Shown here: positions 32,007 through 40,991 of the stretch, one piece after another | Position numbering within the stretch: the stretch's first letter is position 1 | How the letters are laid out: each line of letters starts with the position of its first letter | NCBI GenBank assembly: GCA_963775425.1 | Contig: CAVZJB010000013.1 | Location: 257,592 to 321,591, forward strand | From: an uncultured delta proteobacterium | GTDB taxonomy: Bacteria > Myxococcota > UBA727 > VGSZ01 | Length of the DNA stretch: 64,000 bases | Direction: 5' to 3' | Made by a program: the position numbers and the translations under genes | Notes under the pieces: generated by a model | Told to the model about the DNA's origin: nothing | The model's input: the letters and a program-made list of their open reading frames with translations, nothing else | Databases searched by the model: none

Positions 32007-33275
32007 ATGACCAAGAACTCCCCCCTTGGTGCCCGGCAGCGGTCGTTCTTCGACCTGCTTCGCGACCGTTCCGGCAAGAGCGTGACGGACGAGGAAATCC
32101 TCGAGGCGACTGGTTGGAAGCGGTCAACTTGGAAGGTCTACTCAGGCAACGGAGTTCTCGATCCGTTCCTCGCCCCGGTATCGGCCGGGACGTACAAAGT
32201 GGTCTGCCCGCCAGACATCGATGAATGGGAGTTTCATCGGCGACTTTCGCAGAGCCCGCAGCGGCGACACATTGGTGCCCCATGCAAGCAGGCGTTGGCT
32301 CGCGAGCTTGTGAAGAAGTCTCGCGACAACATGATTTTGGCGCTCGAACTTTACAATCGCCCCAGTCTTGAGAATCGCCTGGACGCGTTCTCCATGCTCT
32401 TCTGTACAGCCTGGGAACAGTTGCTCAAGGCCGAGCTGATCGAACAAGATGGAGAGACCGCGATCTTCCGTCCGCAGAAGCCGGGCAGGCGCCGTGAGTC
32501 GATCAGCCTAAGTGACGCTGTCGCAAAGTGTTTCGATCAGAACGACCTAGTGCGGAAGAACCTCGAAACAATCGAAGAGCTGCGTCATGGAGCTACTCAT
32601 CTCTTGATGGCCCCGCTCCAGGCGCCACTGTCCCGGTTGTTTCAGGCGGGCGTCATCAACTTCTCAACACGTTTCAAAGAGGTCGCGGCTGAACCGCTCT
32701 TGCCACGTAGTGCAGTGGGACTCCTATCGCTCGTCGGCGACGACTCGTTGCCCGATGCCACGGACCTGAAGAAGCTCTACGGCGAAATCACTGCGGCGGA
32801 CATTGCGGAGCTCGCTGCGGAGTTGGGCACAGAGATCAGGTCCGTGAACGACCCGCGCTTCGCCGTGACGGTGGAGTACCGACTGGCCCTTACAAAGAAG
32901 GAGAAAGACGGAGACATCATGCTGGCGACTGCGGCGGACGGCGCGAACACGGGCCTCGTTCTCGTGAAGCCGGTCAGCGTCGACAAGACCCACCCATTCA
33001 GAGCTGCTGAAGTCCTGACTGAAGTCACGATGCGAACGTCGTTGCCGTTTAATCGACACGATCTGCAGGCTGTCCTTCACAAGGAGGGCTGGAAGAACAG
33101 CGACAACGAGTTCCACCACCTCCAACTGAACCCTGATACCTCGAAGTACTCCGAGAAGGCAGTTGCCTACATTTGCAGATGCATCACGCAACGCCCGGAG
33201 TACCTGCAGAACGCGCGGGAGTCGTTGTCACACCACAACCGATCGCTTCGGAGCAAGTCGAAGACGGCGAGCTGA
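32007..33275 (+). CDS. DUF3644/EC042_2821-like (HEPN-fold) protein with N-terminal wHTH-like region
   Basis: LVKKSRDNMILALELYNRP..AFSMLFCTAWEQLLKA signature, RHGATH motif; ATG 13 nt after the core site. Confidence 0.8.
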   Translation: MTKNSPLGARQRSFFDLLRDRSGKSVTDEEILEATGWKRSTWKVYSGNGVLDPFLAPVSAGTYKVVCPPDIDEWEFHRRLSQSPQRRHIGAPCKQALARELVKKSRDNMILALELYNRPSLENRLDAFSMLFCTAWEQLLKAELIEQDGETAIFRPQKPGRRRESISLSDAVAKCFDQNDLVRKNLETIEELRHGATHLLMAPLQAPLSRLFQAGVINFSTRFKEVAAEPLLPRSAVGLLSLVGDDSLPDATDLKKLYGEITAADIAELAAELGTEIRSVNDPRFAVTVEYRLALTKKEKDGDIMLATAADGANTGLVLVKPVSVDKTHPFRAAEVLTEVTMRTSLPFNRHDLQAVLHKEGWKNSDNEFHHLQLNPDTSKYSEKAVAYICRCITQRPEYLQNARESLSHHNRSLRSKSKTAS

Positions 33276-33554
33276 GTCGCGCAGCCAACAATGATGGGAT
33301 GAGGAGGCCGGTGCTTCGGACGTGCGGCGATCCATGATCGCTCAAGCACAAGGAGGATGGGATGACGTCGACGACAATGACAATCGGAATCGACCTTGGT
33401 GATCGGAAGAGCCACGCCTGCGTGCTCGATGAGCATGGAGAGGTCTTCTGGCGCTCGGAGTTTCCCTCGACGCGAGAAGGAACGTGTCCTTCCGGCAAGC
33501 GTGCGTGACCGGCCCGCCGCCGCGAGGTAGCGCCTCCTCCCTCGGAGGTGGCCC

Positions 33555-33935
33555 ATGGGTGAGACGACGTCGAGGAGAATCGAGCGGCTGCGTGGGGAGA
33601 TCGAGGCGTGGCGCCGCTCGCGCTACGAGCGCGCGCCCCTGCCAGCGCGGTTGTGGAGCGAAGCCGTCGCGGTCGCCCAGGAGCTCGGCGTCAACCGCGC
33701 CCGCGTTGCGCTCGGGCTGAGCTACCGCGGGCTTCAGGCGCATGTCGACCGCGCGGGGACCGCGCCGACCTTCGTCGAGCTCTCGGGCGCCGACGTCCTC
33801 GCTGCGGGCGCGAGCGCGGCGTGCGGCACGTCGATCGAGATCAGCGGCCGCGACGTCCACGTTGTCGTTCGACTCGGCGGCGGCGCAACGGTCGACATCG
33901 CCTCCCTCGTCGACGTCGTGCGAGGACGCGCGTGA
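33555..33935 (+). CDS. tnpA: IS66 TnpA-like accessory protein
   Basis: LPARLWSEAV HTH-like region, FVEL motif, first ORF in the element. Confidence 0.75.
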   Translation: MGETTSRRIERLRGEIEAWRRSRYERAPLPARLWSEAVAVAQELGVNRARVALGLSYRGLQAHVDRAGTAPTFVELSGADVLAAGASAACGTSIEISGRDVHVVVRLGGGATVDIASLVDVVRGRA

Positions 33936-34288
33936 TCCAGGTGACGCCGCAGACGCGCATCCTCGTCGCGGTGGAGCCGCCCGACTTCCGCTGCGGGATC
34001 GACGGGCTCGCCAAGGTGTGCCGCACTCAGCTCGCGGCCGACCCGTTCACCGGCGCCGTCTTCGTGTTCAAGAACCGCCGCTCGACGTCGGTCAAGCTCC
34101 TGGCCTACGACGGCCAGGGGTTCTGGCTCTGCCAGAAGCGGCTCTCCTCGGGCCGGTTCCGCTTCTGGCCGTCGTCGACGAGCGGAGCGTCAACGACACT
34201 CAAGGCGCATGAGCTTCACGTGCTCCTCTTCGGCGGCGACCCGACCGGTACGCGCGCCGCTCCAGCGTGGCGGCCGGTAAGCGCGTAG
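33932..34288 (+). CDS. tnpB: IS66 TnpB accessory protein
   Basis: DFRCGIDGL, VFVFKNRR..KLLAYDGQGFWLCQKRLSSGRF. Confidence 0.93.
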   Translation: MIQVTPQTRILVAVEPPDFRCGIDGLAKVCRTQLAADPFTGAVFVFKNRRSTSVKLLAYDGQGFWLCQKRLSSGRFRFWPSSTSGASTTLKAHELHVLLFGGDPTGTRAAPAWRPVSA

Positions 34289-34368
34289 GCGCTGCCACAA
34301 CTCGAGCCTGAGCGCGATCGATCGTGGAGACGATCCCCTCGCGGATCGTGATGTGATCCAACAGCGCC

Positions 34369-34599
34369 ATGGTGAAACGGCTGAAGCGGCGGGCCCCCAA
34401 GCCCAGGCTCATCGGCAAGGAAGAGGCGGACGCGCTCCTCGCGCGCATGCAGGGCGTGATGAGCGACGAGGACATCGCTTTCGTGCGTTCGGCGCTCGAA
34501 GCGAACCAGTCGATTGGCGATGTGCTCACGTCGTCGATGTCCGAGGCTGACGGCCTCGAACGCATCAAGGCGGCGCTCGCGCGGGTGAGGCGCTCGTGA
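34369..34599 (+). CDS. small ORF resembling the TnpC N-terminus
   Basis: GTGA overlap with tnpC; similarity to the TnpC N-terminal residues seen by eye. Confidence 0.55.
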   Translation: MVKRLKRRAPKPRLIGKEEADALLARMQGVMSDEDIAFVRSALEANQSIGDVLTSSMSEADGLERIKAALARVRRS

Positions 34600-36266
34600 C
34601 CACCCACGGGCCCCAGATCGTCGATGTCGACGCCGAGTTCGCCGCCGCCGTCGTCGGGCGCGCGCAGGTGCTGATGCCGTCCGGCGATGCAGCGTTCATC
34701 GACGCGCTCGTTCAGTCTCACGCACTGGTGATGACCCTGCTTCGCCATGACCGCACGACGATCGCGCGTCTCAAGCGACTCTTCGGCATCGCGAACAGCG
34801 AGAAGACCGACAGTGTCTGTCCACCGTCCAGCCCTGCGAGCGAATCCAGCGACACGACCACGACGACGAGCAACGATGACGAGGTCTCCACCGGCAACGA
34901 CGGCGGTGATCGTGACGACGGCGATGGCGGAGCGAAGCCGAAGGGGCACGGTCGCCTTCCGGCGCTGGCATTCCCCGACGCGCGCCACGTCGAAGTCCGG
35001 CACGACAAGCTGCACGCCGGCGCCACATGTCCGTGCTGCACGCGCGGCAGGCTTTTCGAGATGAGCGAGCCATCGCGGATCGTGCGCATCTTCGGGCAAG
35101 CACCGCTCGCCGCCGTCGAGTGGGACTGCGAGCGCCTCCGCTGCGGTGGCTGCGGCGAGGTGTTCACGGCGAAGGCGCCCGAGGAAGCGCAGGGGCCGAA
35201 GTACGACGACAGCGCCGCGGCGATGATGGCTCTCTTGCGCTACGGCGCCGGTATGCCGCTCAATCGCTTGGACCATCTGCAGAGGAACATGCAGACACCG
35301 GTGCCCGCGTCGACGCAGTGGGAAGTCGCTCGCGATCGCGCCGAGGATCTGCAGCCAGTGTATGAGGAGCTCGCGAAGCGCGCCGCCGCCGGCCGCGTGC
35401 TTCACAACGACGACACCCACGCGCGTATCCTCGCGCTCATGGGTGATCGTCGCGAGCACCTCATCGAGAAGGGCGAGCTCCCCGACCCCAAGCGCACAGG
35501 CCTGTTCACCACCGGCGTCGTCGCCGAGACCGAGGACGGGCGCATCGCGCTGTTTTTCACCGGGCGCAAGCACGCTGGCGAGAACCTCACGGACGTCCTC
35601 GCCGCGCGCGACGGCAAGCTCGACCCGCCCGTGCAGATGTGCGACGGCCTCGACCGCAACCTGCCCAAGGGGCACACTGTCGTCCTCGCCAACTGCCTGT
35701 GCCACGGACGCCGCAACTTCGTCGACGAGGTGAACAACTTCCCCGACGAGTGTCGCCACGTCCTCGAGGAACTCCGCATCGTCTTCCGCGCCGAGGCGAC
35801 GTGCCGTAGGAAGTGCCTGACGCCCGAACAGCGGCTCGTCCTTCACCAACAGAAGAGCGCGCCCGTGATGGAGCGCCTGCGCGCCTGGATGAACGAGATG
35901 CTCGCCGACAAGCGCGTGGAGCCGAACTCCGGGCTCGGCAAGGCCTTCGCGTATCTCCTCGCGCGATGGGGGCCGTTGACCCTGTTCCTCCACGTCGCTG
36001 GCGCGCCGCTCGAGAACAACATCTGCGAGCGCGCGCTGAAGATGGCGATCCGCCACCGCAACAACTCGCTCTTCTACAGGAGCGAACGCGGCGCCAATGT
36101 GGGCGACCTGTACATGACGCTCATCCATACGGCAGAGCTCCACGGCGTGAACGCGTTCGAGTACCTCACGACGCTGCTCCGCCATGCGCGCGACCTCGCC
36201 GATGATCCGGGGGCCTGGTTGCCGTGGACGTTCCGCGCGACGCTCGAGCACCGGCGCGCCGCGTAG
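34596..36266 (+). CDS. tnpC: IS66 DDE transposase TnpC
   Basis: KGHGR, CPCC..CGGC zinc motif, HNDDT, CLCHGRRNF, NNICERALK..RNNSLF. Confidence 0.95.
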   Translation: MTTHGPQIVDVDAEFAAAVVGRAQVLMPSGDAAFIDALVQSHALVMTLLRHDRTTIARLKRLFGIANSEKTDSVCPPSSPASESSDTTTTTSNDDEVSTGNDGGDRDDGDGGAKPKGHGRLPALAFPDARHVEVRHDKLHAGATCPCCTRGRLFEMSEPSRIVRIFGQAPLAAVEWDCERLRCGGCGEVFTAKAPEEAQGPKYDDSAAAMMALLRYGAGMPLNRLDHLQRNMQTPVPASTQWEVARDRAEDLQPVYEELAKRAAAGRVLHNDDTHARILALMGDRREHLIEKGELPDPKRTGLFTTGVVAETEDGRIALFFTGRKHAGENLTDVLAARDGKLDPPVQMCDGLDRNLPKGHTVVLANCLCHGRRNFVDEVNNFPDECRHVLEELRIVFRAEATCRRKCLTPEQRLVLHQQKSAPVMERLRAWMNEMLADKRVEPNSGLGKAFAYLLARWGPLTLFLHVAGAPLENNICERALKMAIRHRNNSLFYRSERGANVGDLYMTLIHTAELHGVNAFEYLTTLLRHARDLADDPGAWLPWTFRATLEHRRAA

Positions 36267-37250
36267 CCGCCCCTACAGCACCGCGGCCGTGGCCGTCACG
36301 CACGCTTGCCGGAAGCACACGAAGGAACGACCAACTTTCTCCGTGGCTTCACCGCAGCTCGCGTGGTGATGGAGGTCGGGACGCACTCACGCTGGGCAAG
36401 CGTCATCGCGAAGGAGCTCGGCCACGAGGTCATCGTCGCGAACCCGACCCACGTGCGCATGATCTATGCGAGCACGACGAAGTCGGACCAGTTCGACGCT
36501 GAGGCGCTCGCCCGCTTGGGCAGAGTGGACGTCGCTCTGCTCCATCCTCTCCGCCACCGAAGCCGGAACGCCCAGGCCGCGCTTGCGATCGTGAAGTCTC
36601 GCGACGTGATGGTCCGCGCGCGGACCGACCTCGTGAACCACGTGCGCATCGTGGTGAAAGCGGATGGCGCGCGCCTGAGCAAGTGCGACGCGAACCAGTT
36701 CGCGAAGAAGGTCCGTGGCGAGGTGCCGGATGCGCTTTCTCTTGCGTTGTCCCCGGTCCTCGACGCCATCGAAGAGCTGACGAGGAAGATCCGCGCTCTC
36801 GAGTCCCTCATCGAGCGGGTGTCGAAGGTGCACTTCCCCGAGACGGCCCGGCTGCTCCAGGTGAAGGGCGTGGGCCCCGTGACTGCGCTCGCGTTCGTGC
36901 TCACGCTGGAGGACGTGAAGCGCTTCGAGGACCCTAGGGACATCGGTGCATACCTCGGGCTCGTTCCTCGGCGGCGCCAGTCGGGCGACCTCGACCCGAA
37001 CCTGCGCATCTCGAAGGCCGGCGACGGCTACCTCCGGCGCCTCCTGGTGAACTGCGCGCACTACATTACGGGCCCGCTTGGCCCCGACTGCGACTTGCGC
37101 CGGTTCGGGCATCGCCTCGCGCCTCCTGGCTCGAAGGTGCGGAACAAGCGCGCCGTCGTCGCCGTCGCGCGCAAGCTCGCGGTGCTGCTGGTGCAGTTGT
37201 GGCAAACGGGATCGGCGTACGAGCCGCTGCGCCAGGCCGCGGCTGCGTGA

Positions 37251-37420
37251 ACCCTCGACGGAGAAAGGCAGCTGGCAGAAGGAGGATGTTCTTGGCGACC
37301 TGAACCGTTTCAACGCTTCAAGCCTATGACGCTTCGTCCGTGTGACTGCGCGCCGTGCATGAGCCTCGAGCTCGGAACAATGATGGCAGCACGCGAACGA
37401 TTCGGACCACTCTGGGGTCT
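37251..37420 (+). ncRNA. candidate IS110/IS1111 bridge (seek) RNA in the downstream noncoding end
   Basis: Noncoding region after the transposase contains AACAATGATGG (37376-37386), identical to 33287-33297 at the left junction; boundaries uncertain. Confidence 0.45.
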
Positions 37421-37518
37421 GAGTAGGCGAAACGGTGGTGCCAGCGAACAACGCGTCGCCGGAGCGACCAGGCAAGGTCGCAGCAACAAGCGGGGTGGAT
37501 CCCGCCAAGGCAAGGAGT

Positions 37519-37573
37519 AGCCAACCGCCTTGTATCGAGTCTTGCAGCGTCGACGGCAACGGCGGCGTTGAAG
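37519..37573 (+). other. attC-like site 3 (short, 55 bp)
   Basis: AGCCAAC.CGCC.TTG..TCGA...TCGA..CAA.GGCG.gc.GTTGAAG. Confidence 0.5.
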
Positions 37574-37738
37574 CGTGTGCGGCGCCATCGCACCGGGACG
37601 TCTGTCGACGCGAGCATCGATGAGGGTGTCGTCGTCTCCCGCACGGCCCCGTCCCGCCTGCGGCTCGAGCGAGGATTCGCAGTCGACCAGCGCGGGCGAA
37701 GACACGTAGAATCCCATAGGCTGTGCCTCAGCGCTTTC

Positions 37739-37822
37739 GTTCAACGGGGTTTCTTTCCTGCGCGGCTCGCACCGACGTCGTCGGCGCATTCGGCGCGCCG
37801 GGAAGACGCCCTTTCGTTGGCT
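37739..37822 (+). other. attC-like site 4
   Basis: GTTCAAC.GGGGTTTCTTTCC...GGAAGACGCCC.tttc.GTTGGCT with internal hairpin. Confidence 0.6.
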
Positions 37823-37873
37823 GGCAGGAAGAAGAGAGCAGCAGCGCGACGCGCAGCGAGGAGAGTCTTCGCG

Positions 37874-38332
37874 ATGATCATCCGCAAACCACAGGTCGCC
37901 GTGGCCACATCCGACGGACGGGCGCCGGAACACGGTCCATTCGAGTCGCTGCGCTACTCAGACGCCGGCGGCGTCTCCCAGTTCGGCGTCTACGTCGAGA
38001 CGCTGCCACCAGCTTCGCGTTCGTCGACGCGTCACTGGCATGAGAAGGAGGACGAGTTTCTCTACCTCATTTCTGGAGAGGCGACCGTCATCGAGAACGA
38101 CGGACCCCATACGCTCTATGCCGGCGACGCAGCTTGCTGGCCTGCGGGAGTCGCAAATGCTCACACGGTCGAGAACCGCTCCGACCTTTCATGTACTTAT
38201 TTGATCATGGGCACGCGCCTCACGCACGATGTCTGCCACTACCCCGACGCGCAGCGGACGTTGTTCACCGAGGGAGAGACCTGGAGACTCGTCGCGGACG
38301 ACGGGACGGTGCTGAAGGCCGGCCGAACCTGA
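37874..38332 (+). CDS. cupin domain protein
   Basis: GVYVETLPP..SSTRHWHEKEDEFLYLISG, AGVANAH, CHYPD; followed by CGCCAAC at 38375. Confidence 0.88.
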   Translation: MIIRKPQVAVATSDGRAPEHGPFESLRYSDAGGVSQFGVYVETLPPASRSSTRHWHEKEDEFLYLISGEATVIENDGPHTLYAGDAACWPAGVANAHTVENRSDLSCTYLIMGTRLTHDVCHYPDAQRTLFTEGETWRLVADDGTVLKAGRT

Positions 38333-38392
38333 TGGCGCGACGCGACGATCGGCGACGCCGGGCCCGCTCGTGTTCGCCAACAAGTCGAATCG

Positions 38393-38610
38393 ATGAAGAC
38401 GACATTTCACAAACTCAACGACGGCTGGAACGCGGAGCCCAACGCGCCGGACCCACGTGTGACGATGATGAGGGGTGCCGATCTATCGCTCCGATTCTTC
38501 GCGAACGCGTGTGCGTCCCCCGGTTTTGGCGAAGACGAGGTGCCTCAGCTTGAGCTCGTCGATGCCGCCCGCTACCGGCTCGGTCCCACACCAACGACGA
38601 GGGTCGCTGC
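38393..38610 (+). pseudogene. truncated and frameshifted hypothetical gene (WNAEPNAP..YRLGPTNDEG type)
   Basis: WNAEPNAPDP and RYRLGP, then TNDEG continues in another frame; resemblance to a conserved hypothetical family is recalled, not checked. Confidence 0.5.
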
Positions 38611-38717
38611 CCTCCATCACGAGCTTCGATGCTTCGCCACCGGACATGCATGTTCTTGCCGGTAGGCTGGGCTCTGTCGGGTGGCAGCAGCGCGCGTGGC
38701 GATGGCAGGAGGCAGGC

Positions 38718-39362
38718 GTGTCACGTGTTCGAGTCGCGGGTTTCGGCGTTTCGATCGACGGCTTCGCCGCGGGCGTCGAGCAGAGCCTGGAGGACCCGCT
38801 CGGCAAGCGCGGTCCCGAGCTGTTCGAATGGTTCTTTCCCACGCGCACGTTTCGCGCACAAAGCGGCGACGGCGCGGGCGGCGAGGGCGGTGTCGACGAC
38901 GACTTCGCGCGACGGGCCATGAGCGGCTTCGGTGCGTTCATTCTCGGGCGCAACATGTTCGGTCCCATCCGAGGTGAATGGCCCGACGAACAATGGAAAG
39001 GGTGGTGGGGCGCCAACCCGCCCTATCACGCGCCGACGTTCGTGCTCACGCATCACGCGCGCGCATCCATCGAGATGGAAGGGGGCACCACGTTTCATTT
39101 CGTCACCGAAGGCATCGAGGCCGCGCTGCAACGTGCCCGCGCGGCGGCGGGATCAAAGGACGTCAATATCGGCGGCGGCGTCGACACCGTTCGGCAGTAC
39201 GTCCGCGCCGGCCACGTCGACGAGATTCATCTCGCGGTTGCGCCCGTGGTGCTCGGTCGAGGAGAAGCGCTGTTCGACGGCATCGATCTTCGCGCGCTCG
39301 GCTACCGAACGACGGAGCATGTGCCGACGGCGCGCGCGACGCACATCGTCCTGACGAAATGA
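38718..39362 (+). CDS. dihydrofolate reductase / RibD C-terminal family protein
   Basis: SIDGFAAG, GAFILGRNMF, GWWGANPPYHAPTFVLTHH, IGGG, VVLGRGEALF. Confidence 0.9.
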   Translation: MSRVRVAGFGVSIDGFAAGVEQSLEDPLGKRGPELFEWFFPTRTFRAQSGDGAGGEGGVDDDFARRAMSGFGAFILGRNMFGPIRGEWPDEQWKGWWGANPPYHAPTFVLTHHARASIEMEGGTTFHFVTEGIEAALQRARAAAGSKDVNIGGGVDTVRQYVRAGHVDEIHLAVAPVVLGRGEALFDGIDLRALGYRTTEHVPTARATHIVLTK

Positions 39363-39438
39363 TTTCACTTTCGCGGACGCACACGAATGTCTCGCATCCC
39401 ACCCTTCGCGATGAGGCCTCGATGAAAAAACGCGCCTC

Positions 39439-40049
39439 GTGACTCCACCGATGTCGCTCTCCGCCTCGGCGATGATGCTCCTGTGTGCCGCATGCGCGTC
39501 CACGCCGGAGCCCGTGGTTGTCGAGGGCGTCGTTGACGAGCTCCACGACAACGGTGCCTGCGAGGCCGACAGCAGCGCCTTCCTGACGGCGACGCGCTAC
39601 GACCTCGACGTCGAAGACGGAGCGAGCGCGTCCCTCGAGCGCGCCGTCAAGGTCGGCGGCTTCGACGCGGCATCGGTGGCGGCGGTCGACCGGTTCGAGA
39701 TCTTCCTCGGCGCGGCGCCCGGCGACGAGGACCTCGCGGCCGACGATGCCCTGCCGCTCGGCGCGAGCGACGCCCGCGTCGCGCTTGCGGAGCCGTTCGC
39801 CGGTGGCGTGGACCAGGCCGAGGGCGATGTCTCGGGGGGGTCACGAGCGGATCGTGTCGACGACGCTTTTCACGAGCGATGAAGCCCGTGCGCTCCTTCA
39901 GCACCCGATCGAGCTCTGCGACGGCTGCCTCGTGACGCCGCCGGCGTGTGGGGTTCGACGCGCGGGCGGGATGGAGCGCGTGAGCGCGGTGCCAAACGAG
40001 CGGGCCTGCGCCGCGGGCGTCGACGCTCCTGCGTTCGTTTGCCCGTAGC
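39439..40049 (+). CDS. hypothetical lipoprotein, probably frameshifted near 39840
   Basis: LCAAC signal; two overlapping ORFs, with a G-run near 39834. Confidence 0.35.
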
Positions 40050-40190
40050 GGTCACTGAAGCGCCGGTCAGGGGATGGCAGCGGGCACCGATGCGCTGCGA
40101 CGACGTGCGCCTGGACCGGCGCCGGCGACGGCGGGAGGCAGGATTCCCGTCGTCGTTCGCGCTAGCCTCACGCTCGACATGGAGACGCCG

Positions 40191-40991
40191 ATGCGACACC
40201 TCACCTCGATCCCGTTCGCCCTCGCGCTCTTCGCGAGCGCCGCGGCGCACAGCCAGCCCGCAGCCGCTCCGCCGGGCCCGAACGAGTTCGTGATCCACAA
40301 GGCGGAGCACAAGGAGCCGAAGAAGGCGTCGAAGATCAAGCCCACCGACACCGAAGCCGCGGTGAGGCTCTCCGTGGTGGACAAGAAGACGGGGGCCGGG
40401 ATCCCCGGCGTCGTCGTCTGCTTCAAGGCGCCCGACGGCAAGAAGTACTACGCGGACGAGACCGATGCCGACGGCGACGCGGAGCTCGCGGTGCCGATCA
40501 GCCAGACGTACGAGATCACCTATCTGAGCCTCGGGCGAAGCAAGGTGACCGCCAAGGCCGCCGTCGACGGCACGCCGAACCACAACATCCATCTGACGCT
40601 CCGCTACCAGCGCCATCGCGGCTCCGCAGGCGAGGCGGCGCCGCGCGTCGTGCTCGACGGTCTGCAGTTCGACACCGGCAAGGCGGACATCCGGCCGGAG
40701 TCCCTGCCGCGGCTCGACAGCATCGTCGAGTACATGACCCACAAGCCGAGCATGCGAATCGAGATCTCGGGGCACACGGACAACGTCGGGAACCCGAAGA
40801 AGAACAAGGATCTCTCGCTGCGACGCGCGCGGTCTTGCCGGAGCTACCTCGTGTCGAAAGGCATCGACGCCGCGCGCATCGTGGCCGTCGGCAAGGGCGA
40901 AGAGATGCCGATCGCAACGAACGACACGCCGGAGGGGCGGCAGAAGAACCGCCGCATCGAAGCGGTCGAGCTGACAACCCGCTCGCCGTAG
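40191..40991 (+). CDS. OmpA-family peptidoglycan-binding protein
   Basis: FDTGKA, ISGHTDNVG..NKDLSLRRA, GRQKNRRIE. Confidence 0.92.
   Translation: MRHLTSIPFALALFASAAAHSQPAAAPPGPNEFVIHKAEHKEPKKASKIKPTDTEAAVRLSVVDKKTGAGIPGVVVCFKAPDGKKYYADETDADGDAELAVPISQTYEITYLSLGRSKVTAKAAVDGTPNHNIHLTLRYQRHRGSAGEAAPRVVLDGLQFDTGKADIRPESLPRLDSIVEYMTHKPSMRIEISGHTDNVGNPKKNKDLSLRRARSCRSYLVSKGIDAARIVAVGKGEEMPIATNDTPEGRQKNRRIEAVELTTRSP

Larger units (their letters stand above)
33484..36320 (+). mobile_element. IS66-family element, 2837 bp, 26-bp TIRs, 8-bp TSD GAAGGAAC
   Basis: Left TIR GTGTCCTTCCGGCAAGCGTGCGTGAC versus reverse-complemented right TIR GTGTGCTTCCGGCAAGCGTGCGTGAC; TSD at 33476-33483 and 36321-36328. 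Confidence 0.95.
33362..37250 (+). pseudogene. IS110-family transposase interrupted by IS66 (33362-33483 plus 36329-37250)
   Basis: MTIGIDLGDRKSHACVLD N-terminus rejoins in frame after removing IS66 and one TSD; VMEVG, KSDQFDA, GVGPVTA, LGLVPRRRQSG. Confidence 0.93.

Noticed and set aside
37400-37520. Group IIC intron fragment at an attC
   Set aside because: Only vague resemblance; no GTGCG 5' end, domain V or RT recognised.
37711-37722. Right sub-terminal inverted repeat of the IS110 (ATCCCAT versus ATGGGAT)
   Set aside because: Only 7 bp, and it conflicts with the attC-like site 3 interpretation; left unresolved.
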